Source: a virus. From it: a DNA stretch of 64,000 nt. Location of the stretch: positions 13,789 through 77,788 of the IMG/VR virus record IMGVR_UViG_3300025276_000027, one strand, 5' to 3'. Position 1 is the stretch's first letter. The number at the start of each line of letters is the position of its first letter. Of the stretch, positions 1-11,454 are shown in pieces. The translations under genes were made by a program, and so were the position numbers. Under the pieces are notes generated by a model that was not told the origin of the DNA, made no database searches, and was given only the letters and a program-made list of their open reading frames with translations.

Positions 1-1
1 A

Positions 2-3000
2 CATTGCTGAAGAACCATAAAACACCGGCATGAAATCAACCCATTTAATATTCATTGCAGAATGATTATCTTGAGATGGTATTCTTACACCAAACATTTT
101 TGATATTGCTTCAGGCATAGTTGCTGAAGGTGTATTTTCAATTAAATCCATTACAGATTTATGGTGTGCTGGCATCATCATCTCAGTATACCTTTGACCT
201 GTAGGTTCACCATTAGAGTCATATTCCATTATACCATGTCTCAATCTATCTAATACAACAACTCCTTCTGGGCCAATATTTTCTTGTGTTAATGAATCAA
301 TGTTAAATAAGTCATTTTCAGTTCCTTGCCAAGCAGCTCTTCTTATAATTTCAGATCTAATTGGTACTCCATCTTTAATTTCAAATACTCTTCTATAAAC
401 TTTATTTCCAAAGTCTGATACTAAAGTAAGTCCTAATCCAGGAGTTCTTTCTGAGAAAACCCCTTTACTAAAATAAGATAAAAACAACTGTTCAAATTTT
501 CTTACTATTATTTGATTGTTCAGATTATAATTTGGTATTCCTTCAGTCATAGAAAAGAACTCTAGTATTTGACTGCTAGACTGAGAAGCCTTAAGACCAC
601 TTAATGCAAACTGTAAAAATGCAGCAAGTTTAGGTGTAATTTTACCAGAAGCTTGAGATATACTTAACTCATCCATTGCATTTTCAAAACTAAATATCAA
701 GTTCGTTTTATCATTAAATTTTAAAGTAACTCTTTGTGATATAGCTTTATTATATTCTGTTCTAATTTCCTTAACAGACATATTTAATGCTGGAACAAAT
801 TGTTTATCATTTTGTTCAGAAGTTAGTATCTGTTTTATTTGTGTAGGATCAATCTGCTCTAATTTATTAGATGGGTTTAATTGCTGAAGACCCATAAATC
901 TTGCATCCAATGTAGTAACACCGTTAGTGAATGGATCTGTATTATCTAATTCTTCAAGTAAATTAACACGTTGTTTCTTCATTTTAACTGCACTTAATGG
1001 CGCAGCAATTGCAATTGTTTCTTTTTCTTTCTCAATAGCTTCTAACTTCAATCTTAAATTATGAAGTGTTTCTTTTCCTGGTAGAGCAACCCAAGATTTT
1101 ATATCATCATTCCATTCAGACGTATATTGCGGTGTTAATGTAAATGCAGACATTTTAAGAAATGTACTACCATCACCATAAACAAGTTTTTTTGAATTTA
1201 ATAAAGCTTGCATCTTAGCATACCCTTCTGGTGTAGCCTCATTTCCAAATACTGAATCAGAGGTTATTGTTTGACCAGCTTCAATTCTATTAATAAATTC
1301 TGCTTGAGCTGCAGATAACTTTCCAAAACCAAACCACATGTACCTAAATGCTTTTGTTGTAATATACATTTGAGCATCAGCAAAATCAATCCCACTGTCT
1401 TGAGGCTCTGTTAATGTAACTAAGCTTATATCATCTACAGGATGTATTACTCCATGCTCTGGTGCTGTTATTGCTGAGTATGCGCTATAGTATGCACCAT
1501 TCTGCATTTTAGCTCTTTTAATTTGATCTACTGAATCTTTTAAAGAAACAGCCTGATCACCTAAGAGAATCTCATTTATAGAGTATGAATTTATAGCATC
1601 ATTAAAGAATATCTGTTTAAGGTTGTGCCTAAAGTTATTATTAAGATTCAGTAATGAAGCTGATTGTACAAGAGCTCCTCTACTAACTCCAGCTGCTATA
1701 ACGGGACCATTCTTAACTTGATTAGATATTTGATCTTCTATTTTTAATTCATCTATTAACTGTTCAAATACTTGAAAACGGCTTTCTAAATTATCAACTA
1801 AATTATTTCGTAATGCTGTCATTCCTGATACTTCATCAGTAACCTCACTAGTTTGTTGTGTAACTGTTCCTGCTAAAGCATCATCAAGAGTTATAATATT
1901 ACCTGCTTTACCAGCTTTGATTGCTGCGTTAATAAGAAAGGTCTGTTGTTCCACAGACATTAATGTCTTAGTATTAAAGAATGTAAGTGCTCTTCCGTCT
2001 GTATATCCTAATATATCTTCTTGAGTCTTTGTTATATCATTTGCTTCTCTGTTTATTCTAGCAAACTCAGTTCTAATTTTATCTATATATATATCTACAG
2101 CCTCTTCAGTTAAAACAGCTTCACCATTAACCATTTCTACAGTCTTAATTACAGGTAATGCAGCCATATCACCTGTATTAGATGCTTCCATTACTCTTAT
2201 AAGTATTGGTGCTAATGCTGAAATAATTTTATTACCTTCTCTATCTAAACTCTCTACTCTAGATACCTTATAACTTTTAGAATTTAAAAGAGCCCCATAA
2301 TTATTTATTAAGTTAAGAGCAAACTCTTGTGGAGTAAAGTCACCATATGTTGAGGTTTGTTTAATACCCTGTAAACCATCATTTAATTCTTCTTCTGTAG
2401 ATATTAAATCTCCTATCTTATTTCCTGCTACTCTTATTACTTGCAATCTTGATTCTAATGATAACTGTTTGAAAGCAGAACTATTCAATAAATAGTTATT
2501 TGCTAAATATGGATCAGACTCAAGAAGGTCTACTAAAGCTTCAGGGTTGTTTAACTGAGCAATCTTTTTTAAATGATATGTAGGTAATTGATGTGCATAA
2601 ATTAAATCCCCATTAGGATTTTTAAATACAGATGCTCCAATTGTTTCATCAAATGGTGCATTAGCTATAGACATATTTTTTAATCTACTGTCCATACCAT
2701 CTTTACCAACAGAAAATATATCTTCATTAGATTGTATCAACTGATTCATTAAAGCTATAGAGCTTTCTTTGTAAGCTGATCCATCTAAATCATGTGTCAG
2801 TGCTGCACTTTCATTTTTATTTAATTTTAGAAAAACGCTTTGGTCTTCCTTTAAATTAGTTCTGTTATACAGCATACTATACTGAAGAAATAATGGGCTA
2901 ATCTTAATACCAGAAAGCTCAAATAATTCTTGTGAATATTTCTTAGAATCTTTTTTAAGTTTAGCACTTGTAATTGCTTTATCTGTAGGTAAAATATCCT

Positions 3001-6000
3001 TTTGTATTTGTGAAAGTAAATTTATTAGTAAATCCTTTCTCTTAGGATCAATGATTAATTGTTTTCTTTTACTTATAAAACCTTGGTTCCATCTATCCAA
3101 TTGAGAATTTACATCATCTCTTTCAGATGCAGAGTATACTATAGTATTACCAGCATTATCTCTTTCATTAAATAAATAATCTACCCTAAAGTTTTCAAAA
3201 CCTTTAAGTATAGATTGAAATAAAAGAGGAGATTGTATTTCAGTAGGTATACCATTATCTTTTAATAACTGTTCTTTGGTTATTCCAACATCATTTAAAA
3301 TTCTTTGTACTATAGCTCCAGTTTCTGAATTGTCTTGTCCAAAGAAATACATACTTTGAAGTATCTGTTTAGGGTCAGTTAAATTCTTTACAGCTTTTAA
3401 TAAACCATTATATGCTTCTACAAAATCAACAGCTATTATTAATGGCTCACCATTTGTTAATTCTACATTTCCAAAGTAATCTGTTGCTTCTACAGAAGTT
3501 GTTGCAATATAAGCTCTAAGTTGACTAGATAGAGATCTAAAACCACCAATCATTGATGCATCCTTTTCATACTCTGTTGTAGATCTTATACCCGTTGCGT
3601 CTTCAAATTCTTCTACTTCATATCGTTCATTATCTGATTTGTCACTTATTTGATTTATGTATGCTATACTTTGTTCTCTTATTGTGGCACTATAATTATC
3701 AAACGCTGATTGTATTTCATTTAACTTCACCTTCTGCAGATCAGTCTTATTTTCATTAATTGGATTATCAATACTGTATAACCATTCAAAGTCATCCAAT
3801 ACAGAATCCATTTGATTTTTAGGGTTATAAGATTCTGTTAATTTAGATACACGTTGTAAAAACATAGCTGATATATTTCTGACTAATGGATCTGCTATAT
3901 CACTTTCTAAATAAATAAATCCTAAATTTCCTTTCTCAGTTATTGAGTTATAAGGTATTAATGCATTTGCTTCTATTGTAGCTCCAACGTTTAATGCTGT
4001 AGTAAATTCATTATTTGCTATTTGTGCTCCTTTAAATTTACCACTATCAATATTTTCAAATAGAGTACGCAATTCATTTTTTGAATATGAATTAAATACA
4101 GACTGAATCCAATCTAGAATTCTAGTAAATAAAGATTTAACACTTGCATCAGTATTGGTATTCTTAGGGTTTATTTTAAACTTGTTAAATTCATCTGCTA
4201 GATATTCTTCATAGTATTGATTCTCTAGTTCTTGCCTAGTCATGTTACTATATGTATCTGCAGAGTTTTTAAATTTCTGTAGTTCTTTCTCAAAGCTTTT
4301 TCCTTCAGCTCTAAGTTTAGCTCTTACTTCTTTTCTAGCAATATTTCTATATCTTTTTATTTCTTCATCACTAAGTAGCATTCTAAATACACCGTGAAAA
4401 GCTTCATGATATTTATAAGGAGAAAGTGCACCAGTATAAATAGTTCCAGATACCTTTTGTCCACCAGCCACATGATTTAACCCTAATACAAAGGCACCAA
4501 CACGTACACCCCCTGCTTTTAAATTATTACCTAATGTAGTTATATCAGATATATTCATATAACCAGGTAAGTTGTTTGCAGCCCAATCAGTAAAGACATC
4601 TATATCCTCTACATCTGTCAAACTAAAATCAGAAGAAGACATAATTTTATTAGCTTCTTTTTCAATTGCTTTTCTTTGAGCTAATAATTTTTGATACTCT
4701 TCACTTGTTCTAAGAGTCTTACCTCTATCTTTAGGTGCTACACCCTCTAATAGCTGCGTCTTAACAGTTTCAAGTTGTTGTTTTATATCTTCAAGATTAT
4801 TGATTTGTTGTGTTGCTGGCTGCTTACCGTCTCTAAACATTTGCCAGCTAGATTTATTATTTCCAACTTGTGGAATACTATCATCTAATCTATCTTGAAT
4901 ATAGTCAACTATGATACCCATTTTGTCCATAGTAAAATCATAGTTCTTGTTTATTCTATTCAGAACCATTTGTCTACCTACTTCTTGTGTTATCTTTCCG
5001 TTCTTTATGCTTTTCTCTATTATCTTTATGTAATTCTCTATAGAGTTATCTTCTTCAGCTTTTGCTTCTTTACCATAATATATGGTACTACCATCCACGT
5101 CTTTATTTTTAGTCTTAGTTCCAAGAGGTTGTGTACTATTACCTCTACTTGCAGCACGTTTTGCTTCATATAACTTAGTAATAAGACTCTGGAATTTAGC
5201 TCTATCTTTATCAGCAACCTCTGATGTAACAGGATCTCTTAAAGCTTGAATCTGTTCCTCAATAGTAGATACAGCATCATCAAACTTTTGATTTGGATTA
5301 GATGTTGAAACTTGCTCACTAGTGTTAAGTCCTAAGAAATTTTGAGCTTTAACTCCTAATTGATTTAATACAGCGTCTATTTCCTTCTGAGAAGTAGCAA
5401 GACCATTCATTTGGTTAGGTACTCCTTCAAACTTACCAATTAAAAAGAATTTTACAGATCCATCTGGACTTGTTGCTTTTATTATCTCGGATCCATTTTC
5501 ATTGTTTTTAATTATTTGATTTACAATACCTCCTTTTATGTTCTTTTGTTCAAAAGTATAAATACCTTCTACCCTAGAAAAAGCTTCAACCCCACTAGTT
5601 TGTTGTAAACCTTCTCCACCTCTTTGAGATACCATTACATTAATAGTAGCAGCTCTCATATTATAAACTTCTACTTCTCTTGATGTTAAATTATCTACAC
5701 CCTCTTTAACAATTTTATTTGCTATATGGTTAATAAATTCAGAAGGGAGTGTAAGGAAATCTTTAGCTGCAAATTCAGCAAATGCGAGATCACTTAAGTC
5801 TAATAAACTAAACTCTGCTTCTTCTGAAGTAAAATTAGATTCATCTATTTCAGTATTTTCTACTACATCTTCTTTTATATTACCCTTATCTATTTCAGCT
5901 TGAATAGCAGAAGACTCACCTGTAGCTCTAGCAGAACTATTTAATACTACTTCAGGTCTTACATTAGTTGTTGTTAAATCAATAATTTCATTAGCAGATG

Positions 6001-9000
6001 TTGCTGTAGGAAAAGATTCTCTAAAGTTCTTATTTGATAAAGTAACTTTTGTTGCTTTAATGTCGGCATCATTATTAAAATCTTTTATTAATGACTGTAT
6101 AAATCCAGTAGCAGAATTTTGATTTACAAAAGATGTACTATTTGCAGCAGGTATATCTATTGTAATGGTTTGACCTACTTGTTTAGAAGTATTTTTATCA
6201 AATAATTGTAACTGCAATTTACCCCACGGAGAAACTTGCAATGAAATATTATAATCAGAATTACTTGAAATAAAAACTTTATCTGGTACAGTAGTATCAT
6301 TGAAATCTCTATTATAAGCTTCATCTTTTACTTTACCATCTTTATCTAGATTTTCCTTTTTTGTTTTCTGTGCACGCTCTACAAGATCAACAGCTAAAGA
6401 ACCTCTTTGATCTTTAGTTAATGAACGTGCTTTTAAATTAATAGGTCTGTAAGATCCATCTGGTAATTGAACTATAGCCACATACCTATCTGAACCAGTT
6501 ATTATATTATCCCACATCAAATCCTTTTGTAATCTGGACTTTATTTTATTATATAGTTTAACATTTTCTTCTGCTGTAGTAATATATTCTATTGTTCTTG
6601 ACCCTTTTTTTCTCTTTAAATCAAATATAAAGTAGCTTCCATTTTCATCAGCATGCTCATAACGTAAATCTTTTAAAGATCTTGTATTACTATTATCAAT
6701 AGATCTACCACCCTTTTGTGTTATAAAGTTTAAACCAAAAGGTAATTGATTTATTCCAATCACAGATTTTGGATTACTATCTGCATAAGCAAGTAACAAT
6801 GCATTAAGTGCAAAATTATTTCTTACTAATTCTAAAGTTTGTTTTTGATCTAATGTAGCCTTAAGTTCAGGGCTTACAAAAATACTATTAAGAGCTTGTT
6901 CTCTTGACATATTAGCTAAAGAAGTAACGTCTTTTATTTGTATGTTACCATTAGGAATATATGCAAATATCCCATCTGCATTATCTGTGATAGGTACACC
7001 ATTATCTTTTAATATTTTATTAATTCTATTTTTTATCTTCCCGTTAGGAATAGAAAGCCCTATGCTATACTTAGATTGTACTATAGTAACATATGGGTTT
7101 TGTTCTTTACCTTTTATAACATAATTTCCAATATTGTTACCACCCTCATTATTAACATTTATAACAAGTTCTAAAGTATTAATCTCTTCTTGAGTTAAAT
7201 TATCTAGTATAATATTTAATCTATCATCCGCACCTTCATAATCTCTTTTACCATTTTCATCTGTATTAGCATGTGGATATACTTTATTAATATCAGTTAT
7301 ATTTACTCTAGCTACATTTGACGGTAGCAGATCAAATTTTATTTCTTGTGTAGTATATGAATTTTTAAATTGACCAGATTGTAATGTTACAGGTTTGCCC
7401 TCAAAATTATTAGGAACTAAACGCAGGTTTCCTCCTTGTACAAATTTTGGTGTACTTATAACTCTATATTCTTTACCATCACTATCATAAACCAATTGTC
7501 CCTGAAATAACATTACTCCATCAAAAGGAAAAGGAGTACTATCTGGAGCACGCTTATCTAACTTTCTCATACTTGCAATAGCAGTACCAGAATTATTAAA
7601 TGCATTACGGGTAATTCCTATTTGTAATAATAATTCTGGAGATACATTATTTCCATTTTTATCAACTAATTTAAAAAATGCTTCAACTTCACCCTGAGAA
7701 TTGAATGTTGTTATTTTTAATACATCTACTATAGTCCCCTCCTGAAAAACTCTAGGTTTTGGTGGATTAGCAGGATCTATATTATCTTCATCATCTTCAT
7801 TTGCAACTTTAGGTGTAACAAGAGTAGGATCAGATTTAACTGGCTCAGTATAATACATTTCATTTAATGGAATACCCGCTGCTTGAAGTATATCTCTTAC
7901 TAAAGGATTTTCTAAAACCTCTCTGCTTCTCAACCATTGATCAAAACCTGCTTCTGCTTTTATGTCTGCATCTGATAACTCAGTAAATATAGGATTACCT
8001 TTAGCATCCATAACAGGTAGCTTACCAGATATCCATAGTTTCTTTAATGCATTAAATGAATTTTGCCAGTTTAGACCTTCTGTATTTCTCCATTCCTCAA
8101 AAGTCTTAACTGTCTCACCAAGTACTGTCTGTGTTCCTGAATACTTTCTGTATTGTCTGTCCAATAATTTTTGTAATAATATACTATTATTTGCATCAGG
8201 TAATATAACATCTATATTTGCGTCTTCTAAAATTTCATCTTGATTATTTTTTGTCTCCTTTACTTCAACATCTTTACCCTTTTCTTCAGTTGTGTCTGTT
8301 GACTCATCAGTTTTTTCTGACATACTTCTGTACGTCTCAAGAAGTCTTTGGATTTGATCATACTTTACTTTATCTAAGTTAGGATCTATATCTCCCTGGT
8401 CATCATAAAAATTCTTTAATTCATTTACATTACCAGAAATTAGAAACTTCTTAACTTGTTCAGGATCACCAACATAACCAGCTTCAAATAACTTATTCAT
8501 TAATACATTAGCTTCTTTTATATTAATGTATTTTTCTATTTGTTGTTTATGTATTTTACTAAGGTTCTTATATATATTTTTATTAACCTCTATCTGTCTA
8601 TCTACAATATCACTAAGCCTTTGTGGATTATTTAAATACTCAATAGCTTTATCATATACTTTAGCTCTACCATTTAATGCTTTGTAATCTACTATTTCTT
8701 TAAGCGCATCTTGCATTTTTGATCTATCAACAAATGAATTAGTTGAATTTGCCATAAACTGCACATACTTTTCAAAAGCAGATGTTAATTTATTTATTTT
8801 TCTTCTATCAAATGAACCATCCTTAGTTAGGTTTTTTGGATCATTTAATATTTTTTCAATAGCACTAAGATTTTTTATTTTGTTTGTTGCTTTTTCTATA
8901 GCTTTTTTTCCTTCACTTGTTTCTTTATCTTGAACTGCAATATCTTGTAGTAATAATCCTATTTCATTATTTATAGAGTCTATATCTAATAATACTGTAA

Positions 9001-11446
9001 TATCATTAGCTGCCATTCCTTCAAATAATGGCTCATTACTCAACTTAGTATAAATACCAAGTTGTCTTTCTGTTGCACGTTTAAACCCGTCTTCAGTAAA
9101 CATTTGAAGATATGTAATATGTTCAAAAGCTTTTTCTTTAATAGCTTCAAGAATATATGCTCTAGAACCCTTATCATATTGTGTTCTATCATAAGGATTT
9201 GTAAATTTATCTTTATTTTTCTCAAAACTAAGTTCAAATTTATCTAGGTTATTGATCATCTTCTGAAGTCTTTCCCTAGCTTTACCATTTTTAATATCAC
9301 TTTTTGGACCAGGAAACGCTTGTCCTAATTCTTCATCACTCATTTGCATAAAATCTGTAAGCTGAGTTCTAAAATAATTAGATGTTCCGTTTGAAAAAAT
9401 TGTATAAAGCTGTTGAAACTTTCCAAAATCTTTTTCATCTGTAAAACCAAATCTATCTTGAGCAAAAGCATTTTCCTTCATTGCTCCAGCAACTTGTTTT
9501 TGAATTTTAAAGTTTAATTCATTTAGGTCAAACAAAGAAGAAGGATTATCAACTGAACTATTCCATGCTTCATTATGTACTTTAACTAAATCCTTTACAT
9601 AATTCTTCTTTGTTTCTTGATATTCTTTAAATGCCTTTGGATCACTAATTCTATTATATAAAGCCGGCATTCCTTGAAATACTAGTTTTTGAGGTCCTTG
9701 TACAATTCCCCCCATTAAAAATCCAGATAGGAATGTCTCTACACCTTGTCCACTAAATTGAGAGCCCATACCAGCACGTATCATATCATTTTGTAATGCT
9801 ATTCCACCTGATAACGGATCTTCCATTACAGTAGTATAGTAACCTTTAGTACCTACAGCAATAGCTTCTTGTCCTATTTCTTGTAAACCCTCAGCTACAT
9901 TCGCTGCAAAGTATCTTGCTGTTGCTGATATAGCCATTCCGGTATTACCTTTAATTCCACCAGCTTTTACTTTAGTCCACCAACCTCTAATCCCAGGTCC
10001 CGCATCTTCAAATACATCTTTGATTTTACCAGTAACAGCATCTTTTACACCTTTACCTTTAAACAATCTTCCGTTTAAACCTTTTTTAAATGTATCATTA
10101 AAAACTCTACCTAATGATCTATTAAATCCACCCATTGCATTTCCTAATACAATCTGATTACTTAGAAAAATTAATGGAGCATTAGTCATTGTAGTATAAA
10201 AAGCACCTTCTCCTGCTTGAGATTGTATAAGTGCCATTTGTTCAGGTGTAACATTACCTGTTTTTTTCTTTTGTATATCTACCCCTTCTCTTACAAGTTC
10301 ATTGTAGACCATACCACCTTCAAGCTTACTTTCAGCTAATGCTAAATTTACTGCTCTAAAGTCTCTATAAAATCCACCAAATCCTGCTTTTGCTTTTGCT
10401 AAATTGTTTGCATTTTGTGTAGCATTTTTAGCAGTCTTAAAGTTTTTAAGTGCAGAATAAGTTTGTGGTGTTAATATATTACCAACTACTTTAGTACCAG
10501 ACTTTGCTGCTGCCCAGAAAGATTTAGCTGCATCATAATTTTTTAATTGATTAAGCAATGCTCTTGTGCTAGCCTGCATATTTTTTATATTAAAAAAGTT
10601 TTTTGCACCTTTTACAATTCTACCAGCATTTTGTGCTGTTCTTACTGCAGCAAGCCCACTTGTAGCACCACCAGAAAGATATGTTGCACCAGCAAGTATC
10701 AATTCTTCTACAGCAATAGATCCAATTATACCAAATGTATAACCACTATTTAAAAGTAAATTATTTGTAAAAGCTAATGCACCGCCTCTTGTTGAATTAC
10801 CAATAGCCATAGCATCTTCAAACTCCATTGCAGAATCAATATCTGGTGCAGAAAAATATGCATCATCATCAAACATGTCTCCTAAAGATCTATATACACT
10901 TGAAAATCCAGAACCTACTAAACTACTAAACTCACCACGCATTCTAGACATATCATCCCAAATTGTAGAGTTTGCATTATAGTATCCTTCCATATCAGCA
11001 TAGGGTGTAAAACCTAGCTGAGCAAAATCAGGATGCTCATAGTATCTCATAAAATTACTTTGTCTAATATTTGCAAAACGTTTATCTACAACGTCTGCAG
11101 CAGGTCCTTTAGACTCAGCCTTTAAAATTTTAGAAACAGTATTATATGTATCTTGAGGAGGATTTTGTTGAGCAACTGGATCAAATGTACCAGTAGCTAA
11201 AGTTGGTCTTGCTACACCTAAACTTGCCATAGCAGGTATACCATATCTATCTATAGCTGATTTATATGCACCAACATTAGCAATTGCACCAGGATCAGTA
11301 GCTAATACATCAGCTATCTGAGTTTCTGGCCCATCAAACATTTCTTCAATAGGTATAAAGTTAAATCCATCAGTTGGAATTACAGATTCTTGTCTTTGAT
11401 TACTATTTACAGCATTTGTCAAAGATGTATTCGCTTGATTCTCCAT
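2..11446 (-). CDS. Giant virion RNA polymerase polyprotein (N-terminal ejection/TM-like region + zincin HExxH domain + crAss-type RNAP); 3' end lies outside the window
   Basis: Missing from the ORF track because there is no stop inside the window. ATG at 11446 (MENQANTSLTNAV...) lies 8 nt after the upstream stop. Manual translation found no stop, and the frame is consistent at anchors: HEAFH (4394-4408), EEYLADEF (4187-4210), DFADAQMYIT (~1358-1387), FLKMSAFTL, SAVK and GVRIPSQDNHS (RIPSQ 71-85). These are the motifs of crAss-like vRNAPs that precede the catalytic DxDxD. Confidence 0.88.
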   Translation of the reverse strand, partial: MENQANTSLTNAVNSNQRQESVIPTDGFNFIPIEEMFDGPETQIADVLATDPGAIANVGAYKSAIDRYGIPAMASLGVARPTLATGTFDPVAQQNPPQDTYNTVSKILKAESKGPAADVVDKRFANIRQSNFMRYYEHPDFAQLGFTPYADMEGYYNANSTIWDDMSRMRGEFSSLVGSGFSSVYRSLGDMFDDDAYFSAPDIDSAMEFEDAMAIGNSTRGGALAFTNNLLLNSGYTFGIIGSIAVEELILAGATYLSGGATSGLAAVRTAQNAGRIVKGAKNFFNIKNMQASTRALLNQLKNYDAAKSFWAAAKSGTKVVGNILTPQTYSALKNFKTAKNATQNANNLAKAKAGFGGFYRDFRAVNLALAESKLEGGMVYNELVREGVDIQKKKTGNVTPEQMALIQSQAGEGAFYTTMTNAPLIFLSNQIVLGNAMGGFNRSLGRVFNDTFKKGLNGRLFKGKGVKDAVTGKIKDVFEDAGPGIRGWWTKVKAGGIKGNTGMAISATARYFAANVAEGLQEIGQEAIAVGTKGYYTTVMEDPLSGGIALQNDMIRAGMGSQFSGQGVETFLSGFLMGGIVQGPQKLVFQGMPALYNRISDPKAFKEYQETKKNYVKDLVKVHNEAWNSSVDNPSSLFDLNELNFKIQKQVAGAMKENAFAQDRFGFTDEKDFGKFQQLYTIFSNGTSNYFRTQLTDFMQMSDEELGQAFPGPKSDIKNGKARERLQKMINNLDKFELSFEKNKDKFTNPYDRTQYDKGSRAYILEAIKEKAFEHITYLQMFTEDGFKRATERQLGIYTKLSNEPLFEGMAANDITVLLDIDSINNEIGLLLQDIAVQDKETSEGKKAIEKATNKIKNLSAIEKILNDPKNLTKDGSFDRRKINKLTSAFEKYVQFMANSTNSFVDRSKMQDALKEIVDYKALNGRAKVYDKAIEYLNNPQRLSDIVDRQIEVNKNIYKNLSKIHKQQIEKYINIKEANVLMNKLFEAGYVGDPEQVKKFLISGNVNELKNFYDDQGDIDPNLDKVKYDQIQRLLETYRSMSEKTDESTDTTEEKGKDVEVKETKNNQDEILEDANIDVILPDANNSILLQKLLDRQYRKYSGTQTVLGETVKTFEEWRNTEGLNWQNSFNALKKLWISGKLPVMDAKGNPIFTELSDADIKAEAGFDQWLRSREVLENPLVRDILQAAGIPLNEMYYTEPVKSDPTLVTPKVANEDDEDNIDPANPPKPRVFQEGTIVDVLKITTFNSQGEVEAFFKLVDKNGNNVSPELLLQIGITRNAFNNSGTAIASMRKLDKRAPDSTPFPFDGVMLFQGQLVYDSDGKEYRVISTPKFVQGGNLRLVPNNFEGKPVTLQSGQFKNSYTTQEIKFDLLPSNVARVNITDINKVYPHANTDENGKRDYEGADDRLNIILDNLTQEEINTLELVINVNNEGGNNIGNYVIKGKEQNPYVTIVQSKYSIGLSIPNGKIKNRINKILKDNGVPITDNADGIFAYIPNGNIQIKDVTSLANMSREQALNSIFVSPELKATLDQKQTLELVRNNFALNALLLAYADSNPKSVIGINQLPFGLNFITQKGGRSIDNSNTRSLKDLRYEHADENGSYFIFDLKRKKGSRTIEYITTAEENVKLYNKIKSRLQKDLMWDNIITGSDRYVAIVQLPDGSYRPINLKARSLTKDQRGSLAVDLVERAQKTKKENLDKDGKVKDEAYNRDFNDTTVPDKVFISSNSDYNISLQVSPWGKLQLQLFDKNTSKQVGQTITIDIPAANSTSFVNQNSATGFIQSLIKDFNNDADIKATKVTLSNKNFRESFPTATSANEIIDLTTTNVRPEVVLNSSARATGESSAIQAEIDKGNIKEDVVENTEIDESNFTSEEAEFSLLDLSDLAFAEFAAKDFLTLPSEFINHIANKIVKEGVDNLTSREVEVYNMRAATINVMVSQRGGEGLQQTSGVEAFSRVEGIYTFEQKNIKGGIVNQIIKNNENGSEIIKATSPDGSVKFFLIGKFEGVPNQMNGLATSQKEIDAVLNQLGVKAQNFLGLNTSEQVSTSNPNQKFDDAVSTIEEQIQALRDPVTSEVADKDRAKFQSLITKLYEAKRAASRGNSTQPLGTKTKNKDVDGSTIYYGKEAKAEEDNSIENYIKIIEKSIKNGKITQEVGRQMVLNRINKNYDFTMDKMGIIVDYIQDRLDDSIPQVGNNKSSWQMFRDGKQPATQQINNLEDIKQQLETVKTQLLEGVAPKDRGKTLRTSEEYQKLLAQRKAIEKEANKIMSSSDFSLTDVEDIDVFTDWAANNLPGYMNISDITTLGNNLKAGGVRVGAFVLGLNHVAGGQKVSGTIYTGALSPYKYHEAFHGVFRMLLSDEEIKRYRNIARKEVRAKLRAEGKSFEKELQKFKNSADTYSNMTRQELENQYYEEYLADEFNKFKINPKNTNTDASVKSLFTRILDWIQSVFNSYSKNELRTLFENIDSGKFKGAQIANNEFTTALNVGATIEANALIPYNSITEKGNLGFIYLESDIADPLVRNISAMFLQRVSKLTESYNPKNQMDSVLDDFEWLYSIDNPINENKTDLQKVKLNEIQSAFDNYSATIREQSIAYINQISDKSDNERYEVEEFEDATGIRSTTEYEKDASMIGGFRSLSSQLRAYIATTSVEATDYFGNVELTNGEPLIIAVDFVEAYNGLLKAVKNLTDPKQILQSMYFFGQDNSETGAIVQRILNDVGITKEQLLKDNGIPTEIQSPLLFQSILKGFENFRVDYLFNERDNAGNTIVYSASERDDVNSQLDRWNQGFISKRKQLIIDPKRKDLLINLLSQIQKDILPTDKAITSAKLKKDSKKYSQELFELSGIKISPLFLQYSMLYNRTNLKEDQSVFLKLNKNESAALTHDLDGSAYKESSIALMNQLIQSNEDIFSVGKDGMDSRLKNMSIANAPFDETIGASVFKNPNGDLIYAHQLPTYHLKKIAQLNNPEALVDLLESDPYLANNYLLNSSAFKQLSLESRLQVIRVAGNKIGDLISTEEELNDGLQGIKQTSTYGDFTPQEFALNLINNYGALLNSKSYKVSRVESLDREGNKIISALAPILIRVMEASNTGDMAALPVIKTVEMVNGEAVLTEEAVDIYIDKIRTEFARINREANDITKTQEDILGYTDGRALTFFNTKTLMSVEQQTFLINAAIKAGKAGNIITLDDALAGTVTQQTSEVTDEVSGMTALRNNLVDNLESRFQVFEQLIDELKIEDQISNQVKNGPVIAAGVSRGALVQSASLLNLNNNFRHNLKQIFFNDAINSYSINEILLGDQAVSLKDSVDQIKRAKMQNGAYYSAYSAITAPEHGVIHPVDDISLVTLTEPQDSGIDFADAQMYITTKAFRYMWFGFGKLSAAQAEFINRIEAGQTITSDSVFGNEATPEGYAKMQALLNSKKLVYGDGSTFLKMSAFTLTPQYTSEWNDDIKSWVALPGKETLHNLRLKLEAIEKEKETIAIAAPLSAVKMKKQRVNLLEELDNTDPFTNGVTTLDARFMGLQQLNPSNKLEQIDPTQIKQILTSEQNDKQFVPALNMSVKEIRTEYNKAISQRVTLKFNDKTNLIFSFENAMDELSISQASGKITPKLAAFLQFALSGLKASQSSSQILEFFSMTEGIPNYNLNNQIIVRKFEQLFLSYFSKGVFSERTPGLGLTLVSDFGNKVYRRVFEIKDGVPIRSEIIRRAAWQGTENDLFNIDSLTQENIGPEGVVVLDRLRHGIMEYDSNGEPTGQRYTEMMMPAHHKSVMDLIENTPSATMPEAISKMFGVRIPSQDNHSAMNIKWVDFMPVFYGSSAM

Positions 11447-11454
11447 TTAGTTTT

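Noticed and set aside
4895-10753. Short ORFs in the track within 1-11.4 kb (plus strand, and minus 9040-9237)
   Set aside because: They are shadows of the giant minus-strand vRNAP frame, with antisense-type composition and no motifs.
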